This document shows positions 24,669 to 32,000 of a stretch of 32,000 bases of DNA, one piece after another. Below the pieces are notes generated by a model. It did no database searches, was not told the origin of the DNA, and worked only from the letters and a program-made list of their open reading frames with translations. Within the stretch, counting starts at the first letter, position 1; the number at the start of each line of letters is the position of its first letter. This stretch comes from Actinomycetales bacterium (GTDB lineage: Bacteria > Actinomycetota > Actinomycetes > Actinomycetales > Angustibacteraceae): contig DASSTJ010000190.1 of NCBI GenBank assembly GCA_035707965.1, positions 1 through 32,000 on the forward strand, given 5' to 3'. Made by a program: the position numbers and the translations under genes.

Positions 24669-25481
24669 TCACGGCCAGCGGCTGCCCGGCCGCACTCGTC
24701 GCCCTGCGTCACCGGCCAGCCGGTGCCTCCCGCCGAAGGCGGCGCTGAGCCCGCGGTAGGGCCCCGGGGCGAGCGCACGGGCGGCTGGCGCCAGCCGGAG
24801 CCAGCGCGGCACCCACACCTCGGGGCGGCCGTCGGCGATGGAGCGCACCACGGCCGTCGCGACCGCCTGGGGCGGGACCGGCCGAGGAAGCGCACGGTCG
24901 TACGGGCGGCCCCGGTTCGCGAAGAAGTCGGTGTCGACCACTCCGGGGACGACGACGCTGACGTGCACACCGCTACGGCGGGCCTCGGCCCGCAGGCTCT
25001 CGGCGAACGCGTCCAGCCCCGCCTTCGCTGCCGAGTACACCGCCTCGCCGGCCACCGGAGACCGACCGGCCACCGACGTGACGAAGCAGACCGCACCCCG
25101 TCCGCGGTCGACCATGCCGGGCACCAGCAGCCGCGTGAGGTGGACGGCGGCCGACAGGTTCACCTCGAGGACGCGGTCGACGTCGTCCGCCGTCATGGCA
25201 GTGACCGGGCCGGACCAGCCGACGCCGGCGTTGTTGACCAGCACGTCGACGCGCCCGTGGACCTCGGTGGCGTTCCTCACCAACGCGTCCCGCTGAGCCG
25301 GATCGGCGAGCTCCGCGACGAGCGGCGTGCCGCCCGTGAGCGAGACGACGTCGTCGAGCCGCAGTCGGTCCCGGCCGTGCACCAGCACGTGCACGCCGTG
25401 GTCGGCGAGCTCGAGCGCGACGGAACGACCGATCCCCGATGACGCTCCGGTGATGAGCGCAACGCTGCCGGTGAGCTCCAC
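24669..25481 (-). CDS. Short-chain dehydrogenase/reductase (classical SDR)
   Basis: TGASSGIG cofactor motif, NNAG, and catalytic S...YSAAK (VYSAAKAGL). GTG 25481 with GGGAG upstream. Confidence 0.9.
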   Translation of the reverse strand: MELTGSVALITGASSGIGRSVALELADHGVHVLVHGRDRLRLDDVVSLTGGTPLVAELADPAQRDALVRNATEVHGRVDVLVNNAGVGWSGPVTAMTADDVDRVLEVNLSAAVHLTRLLVPGMVDRGRGAVCFVTSVAGRSPVAGEAVYSAAKAGLDAFAESLRAEARRSGVHVSVVVPGVVDTDFFANRGRPYDRALPRPVPPQAVATAVVRSIADGRPEVWVPRWLRLAPAARALAPGPYRGLSAAFGGRHRLAGDAGRRVRPGSRWP

Positions 25482-25592
25482 GGTGGCTCCCTGTGGTCCT
25501 CGGCCCCGTCGCCCAGCCTAGTTCCGCCGCCCGTGGTCGCGCCGATCGTCCGACATCGACGGCCCCCTGAGCGACCTGGGGAGCGCACGCCG

Positions 25593-25622
25593 AGCCGCCG
25601 AGCCCGAGGGGGCTCGGCGGCT
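25593..25622 (-). terminator. Candidate intrinsic (U-tract-less) terminator hairpin after the SRPBCC gene
   Basis: AGCCGCCGAGCCC (25593-25605), a GAGG tetraloop, then GGGCTCGGCGGCT (25610-25622). Perfect 13-bp GC-rich stem, 9 nt downstream of the SRPBCC stop at 25631. No T-run, as is common in high-GC actinobacteria. Confidence 0.45.
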
Positions 25623-25630
25623 GGCTGGCC

Positions 25631-26072
25631 TCAGGCGGGGACCTTCGCCTCGACCTGTGCCTTGAGGTTGCCGAGGAGCATGTCGAGCATCGGCTCGTGC
25701 TCCTTGACCATCATCGCCTCGACGGACTTGCCGACGACCGGGACCTTCACGGTCCACTCGCCGGTCGCGGTCACCTTGGTGCCGCCGTGTGCGCGCGAAC
25801 GTGAACGTCCAGGTGGGCTTCTCCGCGAAGAAGTGCACCTGGGCCACGATCCGCTTGTTGGGCACGACCTCGGTGTACTCGATGCCGCCTTCGATGTGGA
25901 ACCCCAGCAGGTGCGTGTACACCCGGGCCGACGTGCCGACACCCTCCGGTTTGATGTCGACCTCGGCCAGACCGACGTCCTTCACCTTCCAGAGCCGGTC
26001 GACGTCCAGCGCGTACTCGAACACGGACTCCACCGGGGCGTCGATCGTGATGCTGCGTGTCAGTGTGGTCAT
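25631..26072 (-). pseudogene. SRPBCC (START/polyketide-cyclase-like) protein interrupted by a frameshift
   Basis: One frame gives MTTLTRSITIDAPVESVFEYALDVDRLW...FFAEKPTWTFTFA and then turns into Arg-rich nonsense running to 25518. A second frame (ORF 25631..25942) gives HGGTKVTATGEWTVKVPVVGKSVEAMMVKEHEPMLDMLLGNLKAQVEAKVPA. Joined, they make a normal SRPBCC protein of about 146 aa. The frame switch lies within about 25785-25799 (GC-repeat gcgcgcg). Good RBS (GGAGAGGAG) before ATG 26072. Confidence 0.6.
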
Positions 26073-26326
26073 GACTGTTCATCTCCTCTCCCCGCCATCC
26101 ACGCTAGGTCTGCCGATCGAGGCGCTGTAGAGGAGTTCGTCCCGTGCGCCCTCAGCGATGGCCCCGACCCGCTGCTGTTCGTGGTCGGGCAGGACTGGGG
26201 CGGCCCCGATGACGGGGGGGCAGGTCCGGCCAGGTGGTCGCGTTCCCAGCGCCGGCACCGCGCGCGGGACATCCGTGACCCGGCCGAGCCTGCGGGCAAG
26301 GGCCGGCCGTGGGGCAGGATGACGCC

Positions 26327-26887
26327 ATGGGCTTCCAGATCGCAGGAGACGCGGACGCCGACCGCGTGCTCGACGAGCACCCCTTCGCCGTCGTGGTCGG
26401 GATGATGCTCGACCAGCAGTACGGCATGGAGCACGCGTTCCGCGGCGGGTACAAGGTGCTGAGCCGTTTCGGCACGCTCGACCCCGCGGCGATCGCGCAC
26501 GCGGCCCCGGACGAGTTCAAGGCGCTCTGCAGCACGCCGCCCGCGATCCACCGCTTCCCGGGTTCCATGGCGGCTCGGCTGCAGGAGCTGGCCGCGCTCG
26601 TCGTCGACAGGTACGACGGCGACGTCACCCGGCTGTGGACCGAGGCGTCGACCGGCGCCGAGCTGTTCAAGCGCGTCCAGGAGCTACCGGGGTTCGGCAA
26701 GCAGAAGGCGCAGATCTTCGTGGCGCTGCTGGCCAAGCAGCTCGGCGTCCGACCGCCCGGCTGGGAGGCGGCTGCCGGGGACTACGCGCTCGACGGCTAC
26801 CGGTCCGTCGCGGACGTCGTCGACGACGGCTCGCTGCAGAAGGTCCGTGAGTACAAGAAGCAGAAGAAGGCAGCGGCAGCCGGGTAG
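26327..26887 (+). CDS. HhH-GPD-type base-excision DNA repair protein (endonuclease III-related, unknown specificity)
   Basis: MGFQIAGDADADRVLDEHPFAVVVGMMLDQQ..., LPGFGKQKAQIFVALL (helix-hairpin-helix) and a Lys-rich tail match this family. ATG 26327 is preferred over the upstream in-frame GTG 26309. Confidence 0.75.
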   Translation: MGFQIAGDADADRVLDEHPFAVVVGMMLDQQYGMEHAFRGGYKVLSRFGTLDPAAIAHAAPDEFKALCSTPPAIHRFPGSMAARLQELAALVVDRYDGDVTRLWTEASTGAELFKRVQELPGFGKQKAQIFVALLAKQLGVRPPGWEAAAGDYALDGYRSVADVVDDGSLQKVREYKKQKKAAAAG

Positions 26888-26899
26888 GCGTCGGCCGCG

Positions 26900-28690
26900 T
26901 CAGATGCTCTGGCGGTAGCCGAAGAACTCGTGGTCCTGGTTGTACCCGCCGTGTCCGCCGCCCACCTCGGAGTAGTGGGCGACGAACTCCACGCCCTTGA
27001 TCCACTTGACCTGCTTGAAGCCGAGCTGGATCTCGTTGCGCAGGCGTAGCGGCGCGCCGTGGCCGTAGGACAGAGGCTGGTCGTTCATGTCGTACGCCAG
27101 CATCGTGAGGTGGTTGCGCATCTGCTCGATGGGGTGCGCGTCGTAGTAGATGCCGCCGTCCGGGCCGTCCGCGATGGAGTAGAACACCACCCACTTCGCC
27201 TCGGGCGCGGGACGCACGAGGTCCAGGATCGTCTGCATCGAGACGCCACCCCACTTGGCGACGCCCGACCAGCCCTGGATGCAGAAGTGCTGGGTGATCT
27301 GCTCGTGGTGGGGCAGGGCGCGCAGGTCGGCGAGGCTCAGGTCGACGGGGTTCTCCACCAGCCCGTTGACCCGCAGGCGGTAGTCGACGAACCCGCCGTC
27401 CTGCAGTGCCCGGTACTCCTCGGAGAGCGGGTAGGCGCCGTTGTGCCAGAAGTACGGAGAGATGTCCTTCTCCGTGTACTGGCCGGGCTTGGCGTCCACG
27501 TGCTCGAAGAGCCGCTGGACCGGCCCGATCAGCGCGAAGCCGACACGCTGGACGACCCGCGGGTGTCGCAGGGTCACGGGGGTGGCTGCGACCCAGCCCA
27601 CGACGACGACGACCATGGCCACGACGAACACCCAGAACCCGGTCCAGGAGTCGTCCTCACGGGCCGCGAACGCGTGGTTGAGGTTGGCACGCAGTCCGGT
27701 CGTGAAGACCAGCGTCACGTGGACCACGATGAAGAAGAGGAACCAGGCCATCACGAGGAAGTGCAGCGACCTCGCGGTCTGGATGCTCAGCACCGAGCTG
27801 ACCCGGCGGAACCGGGTGGACAGTGCCGGGGACATGCCGAGACCGGTGACCAGCGCGAGCGGTCCGGCGATGAAGACCGTCACGAAGTACGCCACGAGCT
27901 GCAGGCTGTTGTAGGCCCACCAGCCGTGCTCGGTCGGCCAGTCCAGGGACCCGTACTGGATCATCACGGACAGCGAGTTCGGTATGACGTCCCAGCTGGT
28001 CGGCACCAGCCGCCGCCAGTGACCGGTCGAGAAGATCAGGACGTAGAACACCAGCCCGTTGAGCAGCCACAGCGTGTCGACGCCCAGGTGCCACCACCGG
28101 GCCAGCCCGATCGAGTGGCGCAACCCGGGCAGCCCGACCTGGCCGGGCAGTGCGATCGAGTCCTGCTTCGCCGTCCACAGCGGGTCCTCCGGCACCGGGC
28201 GCTGGATGCGGAACCACTCCTTGCCCGGGGTGCTGTGCCGGGTCCAGTACAGCCGCGGGTGGTCGGTGAGGATCTGCACCCCGGACCGGACGATGAACGT
28301 CATGAGGAACAGGTTGAAGAAGTGCTGCCATCCGACCCAGGCCGGCAGGCCCGGCGCGAGCTGCGACTCGGGGATCGGGATGGTGCCGGGGTGGCGCTCG
28401 ATGAACGCCTGGACCGACGGATTGGCACGCAGTCCCTTGGCCGCGGCGACACCGACCAGCAGGATGACGAAGCCGATCGGCAGCAGCCAGAGCAGGTTGA
28501 ACCAGCGGCTGCGGCCGATGCGGATGCGTGGCGCCACCCCACCGATCTGGGGGATGGACCCCGCCCAGGTGGCCGGGTCGACGACGTCGTGACCTCGCTT
28601 GAGCTCGTGCCGATAGCTCTGCAGCACCGCGGCCGCGGTGTCCGGTGAGGTTGGTCCGGACTGTCGGTCGGGTTCCCCGGGAGTGGCCAT
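26900..28690 (-). CDS. Fusion of a membrane cytochrome b-like domain with a molybdopterin-dependent oxidoreductase domain (sulfite-oxidase/MsrP-YedY fold)
   Basis: The N-terminal ~380 aa has at least five hydrophobic helices with conserved His (WQHFFNLF, ARWWHLG, ARSLHFLV, VVHVTLV), reminiscent of b-type cytochrome subunits. The C-terminal part (ITQHFCIQGWSGVAKWGGVS...MLAYDMNDQPLSYGHGAPLRLRNEIQLGFKQVKWIKGVEF) is the Mo-cofactor catalytic domain. Confidence 0.8.
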   Translation of the reverse strand: MATPGEPDRQSGPTSPDTAAAVLQSYRHELKRGHDVVDPATWAGSIPQIGGVAPRIRIGRSRWFNLLWLLPIGFVILLVGVAAAKGLRANPSVQAFIERHPGTIPIPESQLAPGLPAWVGWQHFFNLFLMTFIVRSGVQILTDHPRLYWTRHSTPGKEWFRIQRPVPEDPLWTAKQDSIALPGQVGLPGLRHSIGLARWWHLGVDTLWLLNGLVFYVLIFSTGHWRRLVPTSWDVIPNSLSVMIQYGSLDWPTEHGWWAYNSLQLVAYFVTVFIAGPLALVTGLGMSPALSTRFRRVSSVLSIQTARSLHFLVMAWFLFFIVVHVTLVFTTGLRANLNHAFAAREDDSWTGFWVFVVAMVVVVVGWVAATPVTLRHPRVVQRVGFALIGPVQRLFEHVDAKPGQYTEKDISPYFWHNGAYPLSEEYRALQDGGFVDYRLRVNGLVENPVDLSLADLRALPHHEQITQHFCIQGWSGVAKWGGVSMQTILDLVRPAPEAKWVVFYSIADGPDGGIYYDAHPIEQMRNHLTMLAYDMNDQPLSYGHGAPLRLRNEIQLGFKQVKWIKGVEFVAHYSEVGGGHGGYNQDHEFFGYRQSI

Positions 28691-28696
28691 GCCGGC

Positions 28697-28724
28697 ACAT
28701 TAGACCCAGGGAGTTTGGTGAAAA
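28697..28724 (-). promoter_or_regulatory. Candidate promoter giving a leaderless transcript for the cyt b::Mo oxidoreductase gene
   Basis: On the - strand, TTTTCA (28724-28719), a 16-nt spacer, TAATGT (28702-28697), then 6 nt to ATG 28690. No Shine-Dalgarno sequence lies between. This is the most AT-rich patch in the 28691-28819 divergent region. Confidence 0.25.
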
Positions 28725-28819
28725 ATCAGCGGGGGCTGGCGAGTGCCGAACCTGTCCACGGCGAGCGGTGAGACGGCAGGTGGCCCCCACGGACGGGACG
28801 TTGCTGCCAGGATGGCCGC

Positions 28820-29434
28820 GTGGACGAGTCGCATGCCTCGCACACCGGACCCGGCGACCCGGACCGGGCCGCTGACAGCGCACGGTCGGCTCCGGCGTCC
28901 GGTCGGCAGAACCTTCTCCCCGGGCTGCTGAAGGGGCTCGCGGTCACGGCGAAGACGATGGTGCGGCCCAGCCACACGGCGGAGTACCCGGACGTCGAGC
29001 CCGACCTGCCGCCACGCAGCCGCGGCGTCATCGCCCTGCTGGAGGAGAACTGCACCGTCTGCATGCTGTGCGCCCGCGAGTGCCCGGACTGGTGCATCTA
29101 CATCGACTCGCACAAGGAGACGCTGCCAGCCGCGACCGAAGGTGGCCGCGAACGTCAACGCAACGTCCTGGACCGCTTCGACATCGACTTCTCCCTCTGC
29201 ATGTACTGCGGCATCTGCATCGAGGTGTGCCCCTTCGACGCGATCCACTGGAGCCCCGAGTTCGAGTACGCCGAGCTGGACATCCGCAACCTGACGCACG
29301 ACAAGACGCGGCTCGGGCAGTGGATGCCGACCGTGCCGCCGCCACCTGCGTACGACCGCGGCGCACCGGATCCCAAGGAGGTCGCGGCGTCCCAGAAGCC
29401 GGCCCGTCGACCCCAGCCCGGTGCCGGCGCGTGA
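28820..29434 (+). CDS. nuoI: NADH-quinone oxidoreductase subunit I-like (2x[4Fe-4S] ferredoxin, TYKY)
   Basis: [23 protein letters not shown]...[22 protein letters not shown] and [12 protein letters not shown] (two CxxCxxCxxxCP motifs). GTG 28820 is the only canonical in-frame start upstream of the conserved LLKGL block; the next is ATG 28958, which would delete that block. This gives a 31-aa non-conserved N-terminal extension. Confidence 0.9.
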   Translation: MDESHASHTGPGDPDRAADSARSAPASGRQNLLPGLLKGLAVTAKTMVRPSHTAEYPDVEPDLPPRSRGVIALLEENCTVCMLCARECPDWCIYIDSHKETLPAATEGGRERQRNVLDRFDIDFSLCMYCGICIEVCPFDAIHWSPEFEYAELDIRNLTHDKTRLGQWMPTVPPPPAYDRGAPDPKEVAASQKPARRPQPGAGA

Positions 29435-29979
29435 CGACGCGGGACGTGCTCTTCGCCCTGCTGGGGCTGCTGACGGCCGCGTCGGCCGTGCTCTCCGTGG
29501 TGAGTCGCCAGGTCGTGCACGCGGCCCTGTGGCTCGTGACGGCGCTCGGAGCGCTCGCCGGCTGCTACCTCGTGCTCGGGGCGGAGGTCGTGGCGCTCGT
29601 CCAGGTGCTCGTCTACGTCGGCGCGGTCGTGGTGCTCGTGCTCTTCGCGCTCATGCTGACGCGCGCGCCGATCGGCCGCTCACCGGACGTCGACAACCCG
29701 CGGCTGGCCCGTGCGGCGGCTGGGGTGGTGTCCGTGGTGGGGGCCGGCCTCCTTGCGGTCCTGCTGGTCGGCGTGGTCGGCGGCAGCGCGGTCGACGTGG
29801 GTGCGGCCGGCAGCGAGCAGGCGCGTTCGGCGGCCCAGCCCCTGGCTCGGTCGCTGTTCGGGTCCTGGGTGCTGCCTTTCGAGCTGCTGTCGTTGCTCCT
29901 GCTCGCGGCCCTCGTCGCGGCACTCGTGCTGTCCCGCACTCCCGACGGTGACGAGAACCGCAGCGGGGGACCGCAGTGA
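29431..29979 (+). CDS. nuoJ: NADH-quinone oxidoreductase subunit J-like
   Basis: [50 protein letters not shown] and C-terminal [16 protein letters not shown] are NuoJ/ND6-like. GTG 29431 overlaps the nuoI stop (GTGA). Confidence 0.85.
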   Translation: MTTRDVLFALLGLLTAASAVLSVVSRQVVHAALWLVTALGALAGCYLVLGAEVVALVQVLVYVGAVVVLVLFALMLTRAPIGRSPDVDNPRLARAAAGVVSVVGAGLLAVLLVGVVGGSAVDVGAAGSEQARSAAQPLARSLFGSWVLPFELLSLLLLAALVAALVLSRTPDGDENRSGGPQ

Positions 29980-30341
29980 TCCACCTCTGGCCGGCGGTGC
30001 TGCTGGCCTGCGTCCTCGTCGGCGCAGGCCTGTTCGGGGTGCTGGCGCGCCGCAACGCCGTCCTCGTGCTCATCGGGCTCGAGCTGCTGCTCAACGCCGC
30101 CAACCTCCTGCTGGTCACGTTCGACGCCGCCTACGCCGACCGTCTGCACAGTGGCCAGGTGCTGACGCTGTTCGTCATCACCGTGGCCGCGGCAGAGGTG
30201 GGTATCGCCCTGGCGGTGGTGCTCTTGCTGTTCCGCCGTCGCGGGGACGTCGACCTCCGCCGGGCCCGCGAGCTCGGCGAGGCGAGTGCCGAGGACGCCG
30301 GCATCCCGCCCGAGCCCGCGGCGTCGGCGGCACCCCGGTGA
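29976..30341 (+). CDS. nuoK: NADH-quinone oxidoreductase subunit K-like
   Basis: GLFGVLARRNAVLVLIGLELLLNAANLLLV...VITVAAAEVGIALAV is the NuoK/ND4L signature. GTG 29976 overlaps the nuoJ stop (GTGA). Confidence 0.9.
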   Translation: MIHLWPAVLLACVLVGAGLFGVLARRNAVLVLIGLELLLNAANLLLVTFDAAYADRLHSGQVLTLFVITVAAAEVGIALAVVLLLFRRRGDVDLRRARELGEASAEDAGIPPEPAASAAPR

Positions 30342-32000
30342 ACACGGTCGTCGCGGCCGGACCTGACGTCGGCGACATCGCCTGGGCCGCACGGTTCGTC
30401 GTCGTGCTGCCGGCGCTGGCCGCCCTGGCCGGGGCCGTCGTCCCTCGCCAGTACCGGACGACGATCTCGGCCGTGGGCGTCGGCGGCGCGCTGGCCGCGT
30501 TGCTGGCGGCGGTCACCGAGCTCGCGGGGACCGGTGGCAGCACCGTCGCGCACAGCGTCGCGCTGCTGGGGCCGGCCCCGACGGGCGCGGGCACGATCGA
30601 CCTCACGCTGCGCGCCGACCGGCTGAGCGCCGTCGTCGCCGTCATGGTGTGCGTGGTCGCCCTGGCCGTGCAGGTGTACTCGGTGGCCTACCAGTGCGAC
30701 GACCAGCGCTACCGCGCGTTCGCCAGCGTGGTGTCGCTCTTCACGGCCGCCATGCTCCTCGTCGTCCAGGCCGACGACCTTCTCCTGCTGCTCATCGGCT
30801 GGGAGGTCATGGGCCTGTGCTCGTACCTGCTGATCGGGCACGACAGCGAGCGCCGGGCCGCCCGCCACGCCGCCGTCAAGGCGTTCCTGGTGACGCGGAT
30901 GGGAGACGTCGGCTTCGTCCTGGGCATCGTCACGCTGCTCGCGGCGGCCGACACGTCGAGCGTCAGCCGGCTGCTCGAGCCGGGCACGCTCGAGCGGCTG
31001 TCCACGGCACAGGTCACGGCGGCGTCGCTGCTGCTCATCGCCGGTGTGGTCGGCAAGTCGGCCCAGCTGCCGCTGCAGACGTGGCTGCCCGACGCGATGG
31101 AGGGCCCGACGCCGGTGTCGGCGCTGATCCACGCGGCGACGATGGTCGCGGCAGGTGGGTACGTGCTGGCGCGGCTGCTCCCGGTGCTCGCGCAGGCACC
31201 GGCCGCCCGGGCCGTGCTGGCCGTGGTCGCCTGCGCGTCGATGCTGGCGGCCGCGCTCGCCGCCTTCGCGCAGAGCGACCTCAAGCGCGTGCTGGCGTGG
31301 TCGACGATCAGCCAGGTCGCGTACCTGCTCGCCGGCATCGCGGTCGCGCCCCCCGACCTGGGGGCGGCCCCGGCGGTGATGCAGCTGCTGTCGCACGCCG
31401 CGTTCAAGTCCTTGCTGTTCCTGTGCGCGGGCGCCCTGGCGTACCGCGTGCACACGACCGCGATGGGGCGGGTCGCGGACGGGCCGTCCCTCGCCGGCTC
31501 CTGGGCACGGTCACCGGTGACGTCGGTGCTGCTCACCGTCGGGCTCGCGGCTCTCGCCGGCGTGCCGCCGCTGTCCGGCTTCTGGTCGAAGGAGGCCGTG
31601 CTGGGTGCGGCCGAGGTGGCGGCGCTCGACGGCGGCGTGGACGGTGCCGGCTCGCTCGTGTGGGCCGGCTGGCTGGTCCTCGTCGTCGGTCTCGTCACCG
31701 GCTTCGTCACCGCGGCGTACGCGACCCGCGCGTGGATGCTCGTGGTGCCCTCGCCCGCCGACGTCCCGGCCGAGTCCTCCGGTGCGCAGCTCGTCACGGA
31801 CGACTCCCCGCCGGCCGAGCTGCTGCCGTCCGTCCCCCGCCGCGACCCGCTGCTCCATGCCGCGGTGCCACCCGCGATGTCGTGGACGCTGCTCGGGCTC
31901 GCCGTCCCCACGGTGCTGGCCGGCCTGCTCCTCATCGGGCCGGTGGTGCCCGGCGCCATCCACCTGTCGAGCCTGACGGGTGCGCTCGCCACCACCCTCG
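30338..32000 (+). CDS. nuoL: NADH-quinone oxidoreductase subunit L-like (3' end outside window)
   Basis: Not in the ORF track because it has no stop in the window. My translation from GTG 30338 (GTGA overlap with nuoK) reads VNTVVAAGPDV...LLLLLIGWEVMGLCSYLLIGHDSERRAARHAAVKAFLVTRMGDVGFVLGI..., the NuoL/ND5 antiporter-like signature. The frame stays open to 32000. Confidence 0.9.
   Translation, partial: MNTVVAAGPDVGDIAWAARFVVVLPALAALAGAVVPRQYRTTISAVGVGGALAALLAAVTELAGTGGSTVAHSVALLGPAPTGAGTIDLTLRADRLSAVVAVMVCVVALAVQVYSVAYQCDDQRYRAFASVVSLFTAAMLLVVQADDLLLLLIGWEVMGLCSYLLIGHDSERRAARHAAVKAFLVTRMGDVGFVLGIVTLLAAADTSSVSRLLEPGTLERLSTAQVTAASLLLIAGVVGKSAQLPLQTWLPDAMEGPTPVSALIHAATMVAAGGYVLARLLPVLAQAPAARAVLAVVACASMLAAALAAFAQSDLKRVLAWSTISQVAYLLAGIAVAPPDLGAAPAVMQLLSHAAFKSLLFLCAGALAYRVHTTAMGRVADGPSLAGSWARSPVTSVLLTVGLAALAGVPPLSGFWSKEAVLGAAEVAALDGGVDGAGSLVWAGWLVLVVGLVTGFVTAAYATRAWMLVVPSPADVPAESSGAQLVTDDSPPAELLPSVPRRDPLLHAAVPPAMSWTLLGLAVPTVLAGLLLIGPVVPGAIHLSSLTGALATTL

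Noticed and set aside
26144-26212. 22-codon Arg-rich small ORF (MRPQRWPRPAAVRGRAGLGRPR) with GAGGAG upstream, in the 254-bp SRPBCC/HhH-GPD intergenic region
   Set aside because: Such short ORFs arise by chance in GC-rich DNA. It has no supporting conservation or motif, and its composition looks like out-of-frame GC-rich sequence.
7531-28819. Annotating the block between nuoH and nuoI as a genomic island or mobile element
   Set aside because: I found no integrase, transposase, tRNA/tmRNA target, flanking direct repeats or visible composition change. Its content is largely housekeeping-like. It is kept as a finding about operon interruption, not as a mobile_element feature.
30131-31995. Minus-strand ORFs 30131..31453 (440 aa) and 30709..31995 (428 aa)
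   Set aside because: They are antisense to the unlisted but clearly NuoL-like plus-strand frame that starts at 30338. Their translations are low complexity.
1-32000. CRISPR arrays, rRNA/tRNA genes, tandem repeats
   Set aside because: Scanning by eye showed no regularly spaced direct repeats, no tRNA-like cloverleaf candidates in the short intergenic regions, and no rRNA-like conserved stretches.

Overview
High-GC (by eye above 70%) actinobacterial-type chromosomal segment, densely coding on both strands. I recognised no rRNA, tRNA, CRISPR array, transposase or integrase. All calls rest on motif recognition in the supplied translations and on reading the DNA. No database search was possible, and start codons are best guesses.

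Gene content, left to right:
- 3' part of a fused alpha/beta TPP-dependent E1 dehydrogenase, carrying an odd in-frame AT-rich 65-bp perfect palindrome.
- 5-oxoprolinase genes pxpA and a fused pxpB::pxpC.
- A DUF1697 gene.
- A reduced complex-I-like set, nuoB-nuoC-nuoH, with no nuoA, D, E, F or G. It stops at 7530 and resumes as nuoI-J-K-L at 28820.

The 21.3 kb between nuoH and nuoI holds:
- A yefM antitoxin with a decayed yoeB stub.
- A stand-alone LanC-like gene facing a methyltransferase, a CoA-transferase and an NmrA-like gene.
- A seven-gene translationally coupled hopanoid operon: hpnC, hpnD, hpnE, polyprenyl synthase, shc, hpnG::ispH, hpnH.
- A divergent PucR-type regulator.
- A same-strand lipid-like gene string: frameshifted SRPBCC, SDR, membrane protein, PAP2::WS/DGAT fusion.
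- An HhH-GPD repair protein.
- A cytochrome b::molybdopterin oxidoreductase fusion.

Most worth a second look:
- The split, subunit-poor nuo operon.
- The in-frame palindromic element in the E1 linker.
- The HpnG::IspH fusion.
- The PAP2::WS/DGAT fusion.
- The orphan yefM with GTAC operator-like cores.
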